Source: Leptonemataceae bacterium (GTDB taxonomy: Bacteria > Spirochaetota > Leptospiria > Leptospirales > Leptonemataceae). Taken from it: 64,000 bases of DNA. Below are positions 9,531-18,600 of this stretch, piece by piece. A program made the position numbers and the translations under genes. The DNA lies in assembly GCA_965227295.1 (NCBI GenBank), contig OZ245742.1, forward strand, positions 1,568,001 through 1,632,000. The letters run 5' to 3'. The notes beneath the pieces were generated by a model. It made no database searches. It saw nothing but the letters and a program-made list of their open reading frames with translations, and was not told the origin of the DNA. The stretch's first letter is position 1. The number at the start of each line of letters is the position of its first letter.

Positions 9531-9974
9531 ATGGCAACCGGAGATAGAATCGATCCGTTTCTCGGGTTTCGTTTCCGTGTGGAGATCGACGGCATTCAAA
9601 CCGCCGCGTTCTCCGAGGCGACGATCCCCGATACGACCACCCAGACCGCCGACTACCGCGAAGGTACCGACGTCAAGAACGTGCGCAAGCTGTCCGGTCT
9701 GAACCAGTACGGCAACGTTACGCTCAAGAAAGGCCTGAGCACCGGTCGCGAACTCAGTGACTGGCAGAACCTCTGCGAACAGTTCGGCGCGGCGAAGAAC
9801 CGCCGCACGATCTCGCTGATCCTGGTCGACGACGAAGGCAACGACTCGGCGCGCTGGGACGTACGCGAAGCGTGGCCGACCAAAATCAACACCACGGGCT
9901 TCAACGCCACGGGTAACTCCGTGATGATCGAAACCCTGGAAATCGTCAACGAAGGCGTGAGCCGGGTGGCGTAA
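9531..9974 (+). CDS. Tail tube protein (T4 gp19-like, Afp1)
   Basis: DPFLGFRFRVEIDG, YREG, KLSGL..YGNVTLKKG, AWPTK and IETLEI. AGGAGG RBS. Confidence 0.96.
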   Translation: MATGDRIDPFLGFRFRVEIDGIQTAAFSEATIPDTTTQTADYREGTDVKNVRKLSGLNQYGNVTLKKGLSTGRELSDWQNLCEQFGAAKNRRTISLILVDDEGNDSARWDVREAWPTKINTTGFNATGNSVMIETLEIVNEGVSRVA

Positions 9975-9983
9975 GTAAGATGC

Positions 9984-10005
9984 GCCGGGCGGTGTTCCGC
10001 CCGGC
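9984..10005 (+). terminator. GC-rich hairpin after the sheath-tube pair (weak terminator or mRNA stabiliser)
   Basis: GCCGGGCGG-TGTT-CCGCCCGGC, a 9-bp perfect stem followed by TATATTCT rather than a true U-tract. Confidence 0.6.
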
Positions 10006-10061
10006 TATATTCTAAACATGTTAATAAATAAATAACCAACGAATTAATTCGGAGCTACACC

Positions 10062-10445
10062 ATGATGACGGAAGAAAGAGTGCAGACGGAGTTCGATTTC
10101 GAACTACCGCACGGCTACGTCGACCCGGAAACGGGCGCCGTACACAAAGTCGGAACCATGCGCCTGGCCACGGCGGCGGACGAGATCCTGCCCATGCGTG
10201 ATCCGCGGGTGCAGCAGAATCCGGCCTATTTAACGGTAATACTTTTATCCCGGGTGATTACCCGATTGGGAAGCGCGGGGAACGTAAGCCCGCGTACGAT
10301 TGAGAATCTCTTCGCGGCGGACTTCGCGCATCTACAGGAAATGTACAATCGCGTGAACCAGCACGGTGCAAACTCCGTGGCCGCGAAGTGTCCCGGCTGC
10401 GGTCACGCCTTCGAGGTGGAGGTGGATGCGCCGGGGGAGGGGTAA
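10062..10445 (+). CDS. Tail assembly chaperone-like protein (short form), C-terminal CxxC
   Basis: TEFDFELPHGYVD, MRLATAADEI, NPAYLTVILLSRVITRLG, IENLFAAD and KCPGCG. Located between the tube and tape-measure genes. Confidence 0.8.
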   Translation: MMTEERVQTEFDFELPHGYVDPETGAVHKVGTMRLATAADEILPMRDPRVQQNPAYLTVILLSRVITRLGSAGNVSPRTIENLFAADFAHLQEMYNRVNQHGANSVAAKCPGCGHAFEVEVDAPGEG

Positions 10446-10458
10446 GGGGCTATCCCCT
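10418..10458 (+). other. Candidate programmed -1 ribosomal frameshift cassette
   Basis: SD-like GGAGGTG at 10418-10424, slippery G GGG GAG GGG TAA at 10433-10445, hairpin AGGGG-CTAT-CCCCT at 10445-10458. Confidence 0.6.
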
Positions 10459-10648
10459 CGATCGAATTTACGAGGAGATAGCCTTCGTTTCGTACCATTT
10501 TCACTGGGATCACGCCACGTTGCTCCGTATGGAGCACCCCGAGCGTAAACGCTGGTGCGAGGAGATCAGTAAGATCAATCGCCGGCTGAGTGAAGAAGGT
10601 GAGGAGCGGTCCCTGGCTGCAGGCGTCGGAGAGCGAAGCATCTTTTAG
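10442..10648 (+). CDS. DUF6760-like ORF (gpT/E'-like chaperone extension), in the -1 frame of the preceding gene
   Basis: YPLDRIYEEIAFVSYHFHW...LLRMEHPERKRWCEEISKIN. The codon before RGYP is GTA; the only in-frame start (GTG 10388) gives an implausible leader. Confidence 0.75.
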   Translation, partial: VRGYPLDRIYEEIAFVSYHFHWDHATLLRMEHPERKRWCEEISKINRRLSEEGEERSLAAGVGERSIF

Positions 10649-10687
10649 ATGCATGTATTTTTAAGTTACTGAGGACGGAGTAGGAAC

Positions 10688-11209
10688 ATGCCGGTTATCG
10701 GATTTGGAACAGCGGCGGCCATCGCCAAACGTGTCACGGGCACGCGCTTTGACCCGTTCATGGCGTACAACTTTCACCTGGAAATCGACGGGCTCATCGT
10801 CGGCGGGTTTCAGTCCATCTCCGGTCTCAGCATGACCACGGAAGTGAAGAAGTATCAGGAGGGCGGCCGCAACGACTTTGATCATCAGTTTCCGACGCGC
10901 ACGACGTATCCGGATCTCGTGCTGAAGCGCGGGATGTCCGACGTGGATCAGCTCTTCGGTTGGTACTACGACGTCACCCGCGGCATCGTGAAACGCAAGA
11001 GCGGTACGATCTACCTTCTCGATGATAACAGCGTGCCGATTACCTGGTGGGACTTCGAAGACGCCTTCCCGACGAAGTGGGAGGGGCCGTCCCTGGAATC
11101 CGGAAACACCGCCATCGCCACGGAGAGCATGACTCTCGTGCATCAGGGATTGAAACGCTCCGAGACGGCGCGTCTGTTGTCCGCGTTCCGAACGGTCCTG
11201 GGTGGATAA
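10688..11209 (+). CDS. Second tail tube-family protein (gp19-like, Afp5)
   Basis: DPFMAYNFHLEIDG, GFQSISGL, YQEGGRN, LVLKRG, AFPTKWEGPSL and IATESMTLVHQG. Confidence 0.94.
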   Translation: MPVIGFGTAAAIAKRVTGTRFDPFMAYNFHLEIDGLIVGGFQSISGLSMTTEVKKYQEGGRNDFDHQFPTRTTYPDLVLKRGMSDVDQLFGWYYDVTRGIVKRKSGTIYLLDDNSVPITWWDFEDAFPTKWEGPSLESGNTAIATESMTLVHQGLKRSETARLLSAFRTVLGG

Positions 11210-11236
11210 ACGTAATATAGATTAAACGAATATTAG

Positions 11237-12301
11237 ATGAAAACGGCACACGACATACTGCGGCGTTCGGTTCTACCCCGCCATCTGGACCGGCGTGTAT
11301 CGGCCCTGCGTTCGTTGAATACGCTCGCGGCCTTTGCGCAGAAGTACGATCTGCAAAGGCTGTGGCCCGAGCTACCGTACCTTGAGTTCCTGCGTCGCGG
11401 CCGGGAGCGTTCGGAGATCGTGCGGGAAGCCGTTGCGACGAAAACGCCGGCGGTGTATGCCACGCACGCGCATTTTGAAACGAAGATAATGATGTCGCCG
11501 ACATTGACGACGTTGATTCGCGAAACGAGCGGTTTACCGGTGCGGGAAATTCGTGTGCAGCAGGATCGATTGCTGTCCGAAACCGTCGAAGTTCCGCGCC
11601 TGAACGTCTTGATTCGGCAGATTTTTCGTGAGCGCAAACGGAAGTACGCGGTCCCGGTGAGCAGCGGAGAGCTCAAGCGCCCGGCCTCGTTATCGCCGGA
11701 TGTTACTAATGTTCAATCGGAGAGCATTAGCAAAGAAGAGACCGTAGCGGACGATTTTTCCCGGGAGATCGGGCATCCCCGTCGTCGGGGAGCCCCCGCG
11801 GAGCAAGCGACGAAAGCCGCGAGCGACTTTGCAAACACACCGGAGAGCTGGAAGGATCTGGCCCGGGAGATGATGTTGCGGGGCGGCGACGTTACCGAAA
11901 CCATTCGTGATTTTGCCGCGAAACACGAGACCGGGCAGCCGGGTCTCGAACCGGGTGCGGAACGCAGTCCGCACCGGAAGGGGAAACCCGCGGCGGATTG
12001 GGAGGCGCCGGCGTTGCGTTTGCCCGCGCGGCGCGAACCCATCGGGCGTGCGGCTTCGGAGGCGAAGAGCGAAGGTCGCCCGGAAATAAAAGAAGCCGTG
12101 CCCGTCGGCGGCGCGGGATTTGCGGAGCCGGCACAATCCGCGGTTCAGGAACGAACGCTTCACCCGGAGGCGATTGAACGTTCCGTGCGGCAGGCATTGC
12201 GTAATCTTCCACAATCAGAAGTTAACGTCTTTGCCGATCGGGTTTCGCGATCCATCGAAAATCGCGTACGCGTTGAGCGGGATTGGAGAGGGGATCTATG
12301 A
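11237..12301 (+). CDS. Hypothetical protein, putative tape-measure-like (Afp14-position) component
   Basis: Lies between tube 2 and the tube initiator. Low-complexity charged middle; C-terminal helix VFADRVSRSIENRVRVERDWRG resembles the ends of proteins at this eCIS position. Confidence 0.5.
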   Translation: MKTAHDILRRSVLPRHLDRRVSALRSLNTLAAFAQKYDLQRLWPELPYLEFLRRGRERSEIVREAVATKTPAVYATHAHFETKIMMSPTLTTLIRETSGLPVREIRVQQDRLLSETVEVPRLNVLIRQIFRERKRKYAVPVSSGELKRPASLSPDVTNVQSESISKEETVADDFSREIGHPRRRGAPAEQATKAASDFANTPESWKDLAREMMLRGGDVTETIRDFAAKHETGQPGLEPGAERSPHRKGKPAADWEAPALRLPARREPIGRAASEAKSEGRPEIKEAVPVGGAGFAEPAQSAVQERTLHPEAIERSVRQALRNLPQSEVNVFADRVSRSIENRVRVERDWRGDL

Positions 12302-13026
12302 ACACCAAAACTAAAGCAATCATTGTGTTTCAAACGAGCCTGGCGGACCTGGGCGCCCCCGAGGATTCCACGATCGGTCGGGCCGCGAAAGCCGGGGCCG
12401 CGGGGCCTCCCGGTGTGATTCCGGTGATGTTTAACCCGGCCGAGATCTCCGATGGTTACACCGCGCGATGGAATAAGCCTCTATCGAACTCGGAGACGGG
12501 CAAGAGCTATTACGATACAACGCGGGACACATTCACCGTAAATCTCTTCTTCGATACTACGGATGAGACCGGGCTGGTCGCCCGCAATGTCATGCTGCGC
12601 ATTCTGCCGTTACGGGCTCTCCTGAAGCCTACGATTTTCTTTCCGAAAGCGCAGAAGCCGCCGGTATGTCGATTCATCTGGGGCTCGTTCATATACACCG
12701 GGCACATTACGGCCATCAAAGAGAAGTACACGCTCTTTTCTCAGGAAGGGTTTCCCCTGCGGGCCGAAGTCAGTGTGACCTTTGAATCAAGCAAGACGGA
12801 GAAAGAAGCGGAGAAGGACAGCTCAAAGAAAAACAGCCGGAATCTGTGGACCGTGCGTTCCGGAGACCGCCTCGACTTGATTGCGTTCAAGGTCTACGGC
12901 AACGCGTCACGCTGGCCGTTGATCGCCGAAGAAAACGACATTGCGAATCCGCTGGAATTTCCCCGGGCGCCCGTCGGCAACGACCCCGGCGACTACGGCC
13001 GCGTGCTGGCGCTGCCGGATCTTTAG
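12298..13026 (+). CDS. CIS tube initiator with LysM domain (Afp7-like)
   Basis: VMFNPAEI, LFFDT, PPVCRFIWG, YTLFSQEGFPLRA.V; LysM segment TVRSGDRLDLIAFKVYGNASRWPLIAEEN. Confidence 0.92.
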   Translation: MNTKTKAIIVFQTSLADLGAPEDSTIGRAAKAGAAGPPGVIPVMFNPAEISDGYTARWNKPLSNSETGKSYYDTTRDTFTVNLFFDTTDETGLVARNVMLRILPLRALLKPTIFFPKAQKPPVCRFIWGSFIYTGHITAIKEKYTLFSQEGFPLRAEVSVTFESSKTEKEAEKDSSKKNSRNLWTVRSGDRLDLIAFKVYGNASRWPLIAEENDIANPLEFPRAPVGNDPGDYGRVLALPDL

Positions 13027-13045
13027 AGCACTAAGTAATAATCAA

Positions 13046-14137
13046 ATGGGATTAAGCAAAAGAGAATATTTCGGGAACTGCGAGGTCCGCAAAGACGGCG
13101 CGCCCATGGACCCGGCGGTCTCGTCCGCGCTGCAAAGCATTACCGTGGAGGATTGCCTCAACCGACCGGCAATGTTCAGTCTGGAGATGGCCTTGTTGCA
13201 CGAGATGCGCGACGGCATCAGCGGTAAGGAAATCCAGCGCATCAGCGAGAAGTTCTTCAATCGTTTCCTGCCGGGAACGGAAATGGATGTTCGCCTGGGC
13301 AACGAACTACCCGAGCCGCTCATGAAGGGGCGGGTGGCGGCCATTGAGCCGGAGTACGATTTTACAAATCCGCGTCTGATCATTCGCGGCTACGACCGGC
13401 TGTTCGATTTGCGCTTCGGGACGAAGCGGCGTTCGTTTACAGATACGCGGGACAGCGTCATCGCGCGTCGGCTGGCCACGGAGGCCGGTCTGATTCCCGC
13501 CGACGTGCGCAGCACGAGTACGGTGCACCCGTATCTTTTTCAAAACAACCAGTCCAACTACGACTTCCTGCTCGAACGCGCCCTGCGTTTGGATTTTGAA
13601 ATCTCAGTGGACGATCGTCGCTTTCGTTTCGGTCCGTCGAGGGAGGACTCGACGCCGGAGCTGGAGCTGGACTTTGCGCCCACCGGTCTGTTAAAGAACT
13701 TCTCCGTGCAGATGCGGACGCTCACGCAGCACAGCGAGGTCGAGATGCGCGGCTGGGATGCGAATCGTAAAAAAGTTATACGATCTAAGTCCCGCCCCGG
13801 GGACGAGGGCGTGCCGCCCCGCGCCGGCGAACGTAGCGGCTTTGACTATGCCCGGGTCGGTTTTTCCGCCGGCGCCACCGCCGTCGTGGACGAACCCCTG
13901 GTGGACGATCGCGACGCCGAGGCTCTCGCAGCCGCGAAGTATCGCCGCAGCCTGCGCAATTTTATTACCGGGCGCGGCGAGGCCCTGGGCGACGTACGCA
14001 TTCGCGCCGGCAACACCGTGCGCCTTACGGGGCTCGGCGAAAAATTCAGCGGCGTCTATTACGTGGTGTCCTCGAAGCATCGCTGGTCCACGGACGGCTA
14101 CTTTACATCTTTCGAAGTCCGGAGGCCGAATATATGA
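13046..14137 (+). CDS. Baseplate hub, phage late-control D / gp27-like (N-terminal half of VgrG/Afp8)
   Basis: IRGYDRL, QNNQSNYDFLLERA, VEMRGWD, GDVRIRAG.TV.L.GLG.KFSG.YYV and FTSFEV. Confidence 0.9.
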   Translation: MGLSKREYFGNCEVRKDGAPMDPAVSSALQSITVEDCLNRPAMFSLEMALLHEMRDGISGKEIQRISEKFFNRFLPGTEMDVRLGNELPEPLMKGRVAAIEPEYDFTNPRLIIRGYDRLFDLRFGTKRRSFTDTRDSVIARRLATEAGLIPADVRSTSTVHPYLFQNNQSNYDFLLERALRLDFEISVDDRRFRFGPSREDSTPELELDFAPTGLLKNFSVQMRTLTQHSEVEMRGWDANRKKVIRSKSRPGDEGVPPRAGERSGFDYARVGFSAGATAVVDEPLVDDRDAEALAAAKYRRSLRNFITGRGEALGDVRIRAGNTVRLTGLGEKFSGVYYVVSSKHRWSTDGYFTSFEVRRPNI

Positions 14138-14805
14138 GTCTACTGGACGCTTTCGATTCGACGAACGGCCGGCACGGTGCGGGGCGCGACGGCCTGCACG
14201 ATTCCAAAATCCTGGGCGTGGCCGTGGGTATTGTTACCGACAATCGGGACCCGGACGGCCGTGGCCGTGTTAAGTTGCGTTTGCCGAGACTTACCGGCGA
14301 CGACGAAAGTAACTGGGCCCGGGTCACCACCTTCATGGCAGGCAACGATATGGGTGCCGTCTTCATTCCGGAGGTGGATGACGAGGTCCTGGTCGTCTTC
14401 GAACACGGCGACGTAAACCTGCCGTACGTCATCGGCTCGCTGCACAACGGACGCGACAGGGCCCCGTACTCGAACAGTGACGGCCTGAACAAGGAACGCA
14501 TCATCAAGTCAAAGTCCGGCCACGTCGTACGCTTCGACGATAGCCCGGGCCAGGAAAAGATCGAGATCATCGATAAAACCGAGGACAACAAAATCGTCTT
14601 CGACTCCAGCGAGAACAAGATCACCATCGAGGCGAAGGGCGAGCTGGAACTCAAACTGGGTGACGACGGTACTTTCAAAATGTCCGCCGCGGATCTCGAA
14701 TTCGAGGCGGCGAAGTCCATCCGCATGACCTCCGCGGACGGCATTCAGATTCTCTCTCCATCCGGCGACGTGGTCGTTTTCGGAAAGGAGATTCGATTAA
14801 ATTAA
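14134..14805 (+). CDS. Baseplate spike gpV/gp5-OB (C-terminal half of VgrG/Afp8)
   Basis: VGIVTDNRDPDGRGRVKL, WARV, FIPEVDDEVLVVFEHGD..PYVIGSL and IKSKSGH. ATGA overlap with the hub gene. Confidence 0.94.
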   Translation: MSLLDAFDSTNGRHGAGRDGLHDSKILGVAVGIVTDNRDPDGRGRVKLRLPRLTGDDESNWARVTTFMAGNDMGAVFIPEVDDEVLVVFEHGDVNLPYVIGSLHNGRDRAPYSNSDGLNKERIIKSKSGHVVRFDDSPGQEKIEIIDKTEDNKIVFDSSENKITIEAKGELELKLGDDGTFKMSAADLEFEAAKSIRMTSADGIQILSPSGDVVVFGKEIRLN

Positions 14806-14816
14806 CGTGGTATTTT

Positions 14817-15212
14817 ATGGGACGAGCAGCGGCAAAACAGGGCGACCTTGTAACCGGTTTCGACACGCATATGGTGTTGGTGACTCCGATCACCCCGCCG
14901 GTGCCGATTCCGGGACATAAGTTCAGCGGTGGAATCAACAGCGGGGTCTCGCCCAACGTGAAGATCGAGGGGCGCAAGGCGGCACTGAAGGGCGCCGGCG
15001 CCGTGAACAGTCCGCCGCATACGCCGAACGGCCTTTCGTTTCTGCCGCCGCCGAAGAACGAGGCCACCGTCACCGGCGGCAGCGCCACTGTGATGATCAA
15101 CGGCCTGCCGGCCGTGCGGGCCGGGGATTCGGCCACGACGTGCAACGATCCGCCGGTGCCGAACAGCGGAACGGTGGAAGTACCGTTTTCAACGGTAAAG
15201 ATCGGCGGCTAA
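14817..15212 (+). CDS. PAAR spike-tip protein (Afp10-like)
   Basis: AAAKQGD, D.H, VKIEGRKAA, GSATVMINGLPAVRAGD...C and TVKIGG. No C-terminal extension. Confidence 0.92.
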   Translation: MGRAAAKQGDLVTGFDTHMVLVTPITPPVPIPGHKFSGGINSGVSPNVKIEGRKAALKGAGAVNSPPHTPNGLSFLPPPKNEATVTGGSATVMINGLPAVRAGDSATTCNDPPVPNSGTVEVPFSTVKIGG

Positions 15213-15230
15213 CTTTCAGGAAGTAGAACT

Positions 15231-15623
15231 ATGGCAGATGTAGATTTCTTAGGATCGGGGTTTCGTTTCCCCTTTTCGTTAACCGAAGGAGCCCTGGAGC
15301 TCTCGGAGGGGGAGGTGTCGATTCGAGAATCGATCCTGTTGATCCTGCGTACGCGAGCGGGCGAGCGGGTGATGCGCCCGGACTTCGGTTGCGGATTGAG
15401 CGAACTGATCTTCGCCGAGAACAACAGTACCACCGCGAGTCTTATGCAGACTACCGTGGAAGAAGCTCTGCTGGAATTCGAACCGCGCATTGACGTCGAA
15501 GAAGTGCGGGTGAGACCCGATCCTCTGGAAGAGAATCGCCTGAACATCGAAATCGACTACGTGATTCGTTCCGCGAACCGCCGCACGAATCTCGTGTATC
15601 CTTTTTACCTGGAGAACACATAA
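15231..15623 (+). CDS. gp25/GPW baseplate protein (Afp9-like)
   Basis: FLGSGFRFP, IL.T..GERVMRPDFGCGL, FEPRI and NLVYPFYL. Confidence 0.96.
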   Translation: MADVDFLGSGFRFPFSLTEGALELSEGEVSIRESILLILRTRAGERVMRPDFGCGLSELIFAENNSTTASLMQTTVEEALLEFEPRIDVEEVRVRPDPLEENRLNIEIDYVIRSANRRTNLVYPFYLENT

Positions 15624-15626
15624 GTC

Positions 15627-18600
15627 ATGGCACTACCGACGCCGATTATTGATCGCCGGGATCAGAAGGCCCTGGCGGAGAAACTGCGCGAACTCATCGT
15701 AACTTACGCGAGCGAGTGGCCGGACGTCGCCGCGGTGGAAGCCGACGGCCAGGTGGATGCCCTGGTGCAGATCTTCGCGCGCTTTTATGAAGTGATCAAC
15801 GAGCGCTTGAACGGCGTACCCGATCGAAACTTTCTGACGTTTCTGGAAATGGCCGGCGTGGACATCGATCCGCCCCGGGCCGCGGCGACGCCGTTGGTCT
15901 TCCAGGCCGCGGAAAACGTAACCGCGGACGTTACGGTACCGGTCGGAACGCAGATCATCGTGGAGGGCAGCGAAGACGATCCGATCATCTTCGAAACGCG
16001 CGAGTTGCTCACGACGATCACGGCGCGCCTGAATCGCATCGTTTCGCTCGAACCCACGGCGGATCGTTATACGGATCATGTCTCGCTGCTGGATCCGGAC
16101 GCCCGGGATGTGGAGACCCTGCTTACCGGAAAGACTCCGCTCACGCACCGGCTGTTCTTCGGTCATGACGTACTCTTTGATTACAAAGACGCGGCCACCG
16201 TGCGCGTTCATACAAGCATCAAGACGCCGGTGTCGTTTCCCTCGAATCAATGGAACGTCGACTGGTTTATTTATACACAGGAGTCGGACGATCCGGTGAA
16301 ACTCACCCCGGTGATTGACGACGTCGTCGTGGACACGGACGTGAAGAACCTGCTGCGCGGCGGCACGATCACCTTCGAAAACGTTGAGGGAATTTCGAAC
16401 GAGGAAATCGGCGGCTACGTCTTCAAAGAAAGTGCGGCTCTGACCTGGAACACATTAACATCAGACAAAAGATGGTTAGTGGCCGAGCTTACGTCTTCGC
16501 TGCCGGCGCAGACCTACTCGAAACTGGAAGATCAGGAGGCCGAAGAGGCTTACTTTAACGCCACGGAGTATGACCCCGCCGGATCGTTCCGGCCGTTCGG
16601 GGTGGATCCGACGCTGGGCGATCGTTTGAACGTGGCCCACGTGGACGTCCTCGATCAACCCGGCGCGACGATCACCCTGGACTTTGATCTGAGCCAGGTC
16701 GGTACCACCACGGACATTAACATTGAGTGGCAGTACCTCGAAGGTTCGCTCTGGAAAAAGATCGGCTTCACCGGTTTCGGCGGCGTCACCGACGCGGGCG
16801 ACTACCGGTTGGAGGACGATACGAACGGTTTTAAGCAGTCCGGCCAGGTGCGTTTCATCTGCCCGACGTTTTCGCCGGCTCTGGCGAACAGTATTACGAA
16901 TCGCTGGATTCGCGCGATCATTCGCGGCGGTGAGTACGCGAACGGTGCCGAGCCGGTGGTCTCGGCCATGACGATCGGCTACACCTACGTGCCGGAATTG
17001 CTGACGCTCCAGGTGGAAACCGAACTCAGTCCGGAGGCGCCGCAACAGGCGGATCACGCTTACCTGAACGGCCAGATCCTCGACACCGGGCGGGACTTCT
17101 ATCCCTTCGGCGAGACTCCGGCTTTTAACGATACGTTTTATTTCGCTCTGGAAGCGGCCTTCGCGAATGAGGGCGCAAACATCACAATAGACGCGGTACT
17201 TTCCGAGTCGCGTCCGGCGCCTTCGACCCTGGGTCGTGAGATCACTCTGGCATTGGAATACTTTGACGGTTACGATTGGTCCGAGATCGCCCGGCTGGCG
17301 GAGGACGGCGTGGACAGCCCGATGTCGGGCGTCACCGACGAGACCTACGCCTTTACCGTACTGGATACGGATACGCAGATTAGCTTTACCTGCCCGGATG
17401 TTAGGAAAGTCACGATCAACGGCATCGAAGACTACTGGCTGCGCTTTCGCATCGTGGACGGCGACTACGGCCAGCCGGCGAGTTACGACGGCGGAACGGA
17501 AACGTATACGAACGCCACATACGTCCCGCCGTCCCTCGAAAAGTTCCGCATCGATTACTCGTTCACGACCACCGAGGATCCGGAGCAGTTGATCTTCGAA
17601 AATGAATTCTTCTTCGCCGACGAAACCGCTGCGCTCATCGCGAACAACGCAACTCCGGCGAGCGCAAGTCCCATTACATTCTTTCGTACCAGCGGAGATC
17701 TTTCCCCGGCGCTCTATCTTTCGTTTGACCGGGACATTCAGAGTCTGCCCATCAACCTGTTCTTTCCGATTCTGGCGTCGCCGTTCCAGGTGACGAACGA
17801 CAGCGAACCGCCCACCATGCTGTGGGAGTACTGGGACGGCAGCGAATGGCAGGTCACCTCGTTCAACGACGGGACCGTCGGACTCACCCGCGGCGAGATC
17901 GCCCAGGTCCTGGTGCCCGGCGACTCGAAGGCACGGCCCATCTTCGGCAATGCAGCGAACTGGATTCGAGTCCGCCTGGAAGCCGGGACCTTCGTAACAA
18001 ATCCCGAGGTCGATCGGCTGTATGCCAATGCCGTCTGGAGCGACAACGTCGTAACCATTCGCGATGAACTCTTAGGCTCTTCCAACGCGGAACCGGATCA
18101 GCGCTTTAACCTGGCGCGTTTTCCGGTCTTGCAGGGGCAGCAGATTCTCGTGCGGGAAGCGGCGATTACAAAAGAAGATCGCGCGGAGATCATTGCCGAA
18201 GAAGGCGAAGACGCGATTACGGAGATTACCGACGAGGCGGGAAACGTTACGGACATCTGGGTGCGCTGGCATCAGGTTACTCGTTTCGAAGGTTCGGGTC
18301 CGCAGAGTCGGCACTATATCTTCGATGCGTTGAAAGGCGAGATTCTATTCGGCAACGGCGTGCGCGGTTATCTGCCTCCGGCCGGTCGCGACAACATCCG
18401 CGCGGGATTCTACCAGTACGGCGGCGGGACGGCCGGAAATGTCGAAGCGTTCGAAATTGTTCGACCGCGCTCGGCGCTCGTGGGCATCGAAGAGGTCTTT
18501 AATCCGAGCAACGTCAGCGGCGGTGTGGATCTGGAGAGCCTGGAGCGTTTACGTGAGCGCGGGCCGCGGACCATTAAGAATCGCGGAAGAGCGATTACGC

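Noticed and set aside
10388-10441. GTG at 10388 as the start of the DUF6760-like ORF
   Set aside because: It has no RBS, yields an Arg/Gly junk leader and overlaps the conserved CxxC end of the upstream gene.
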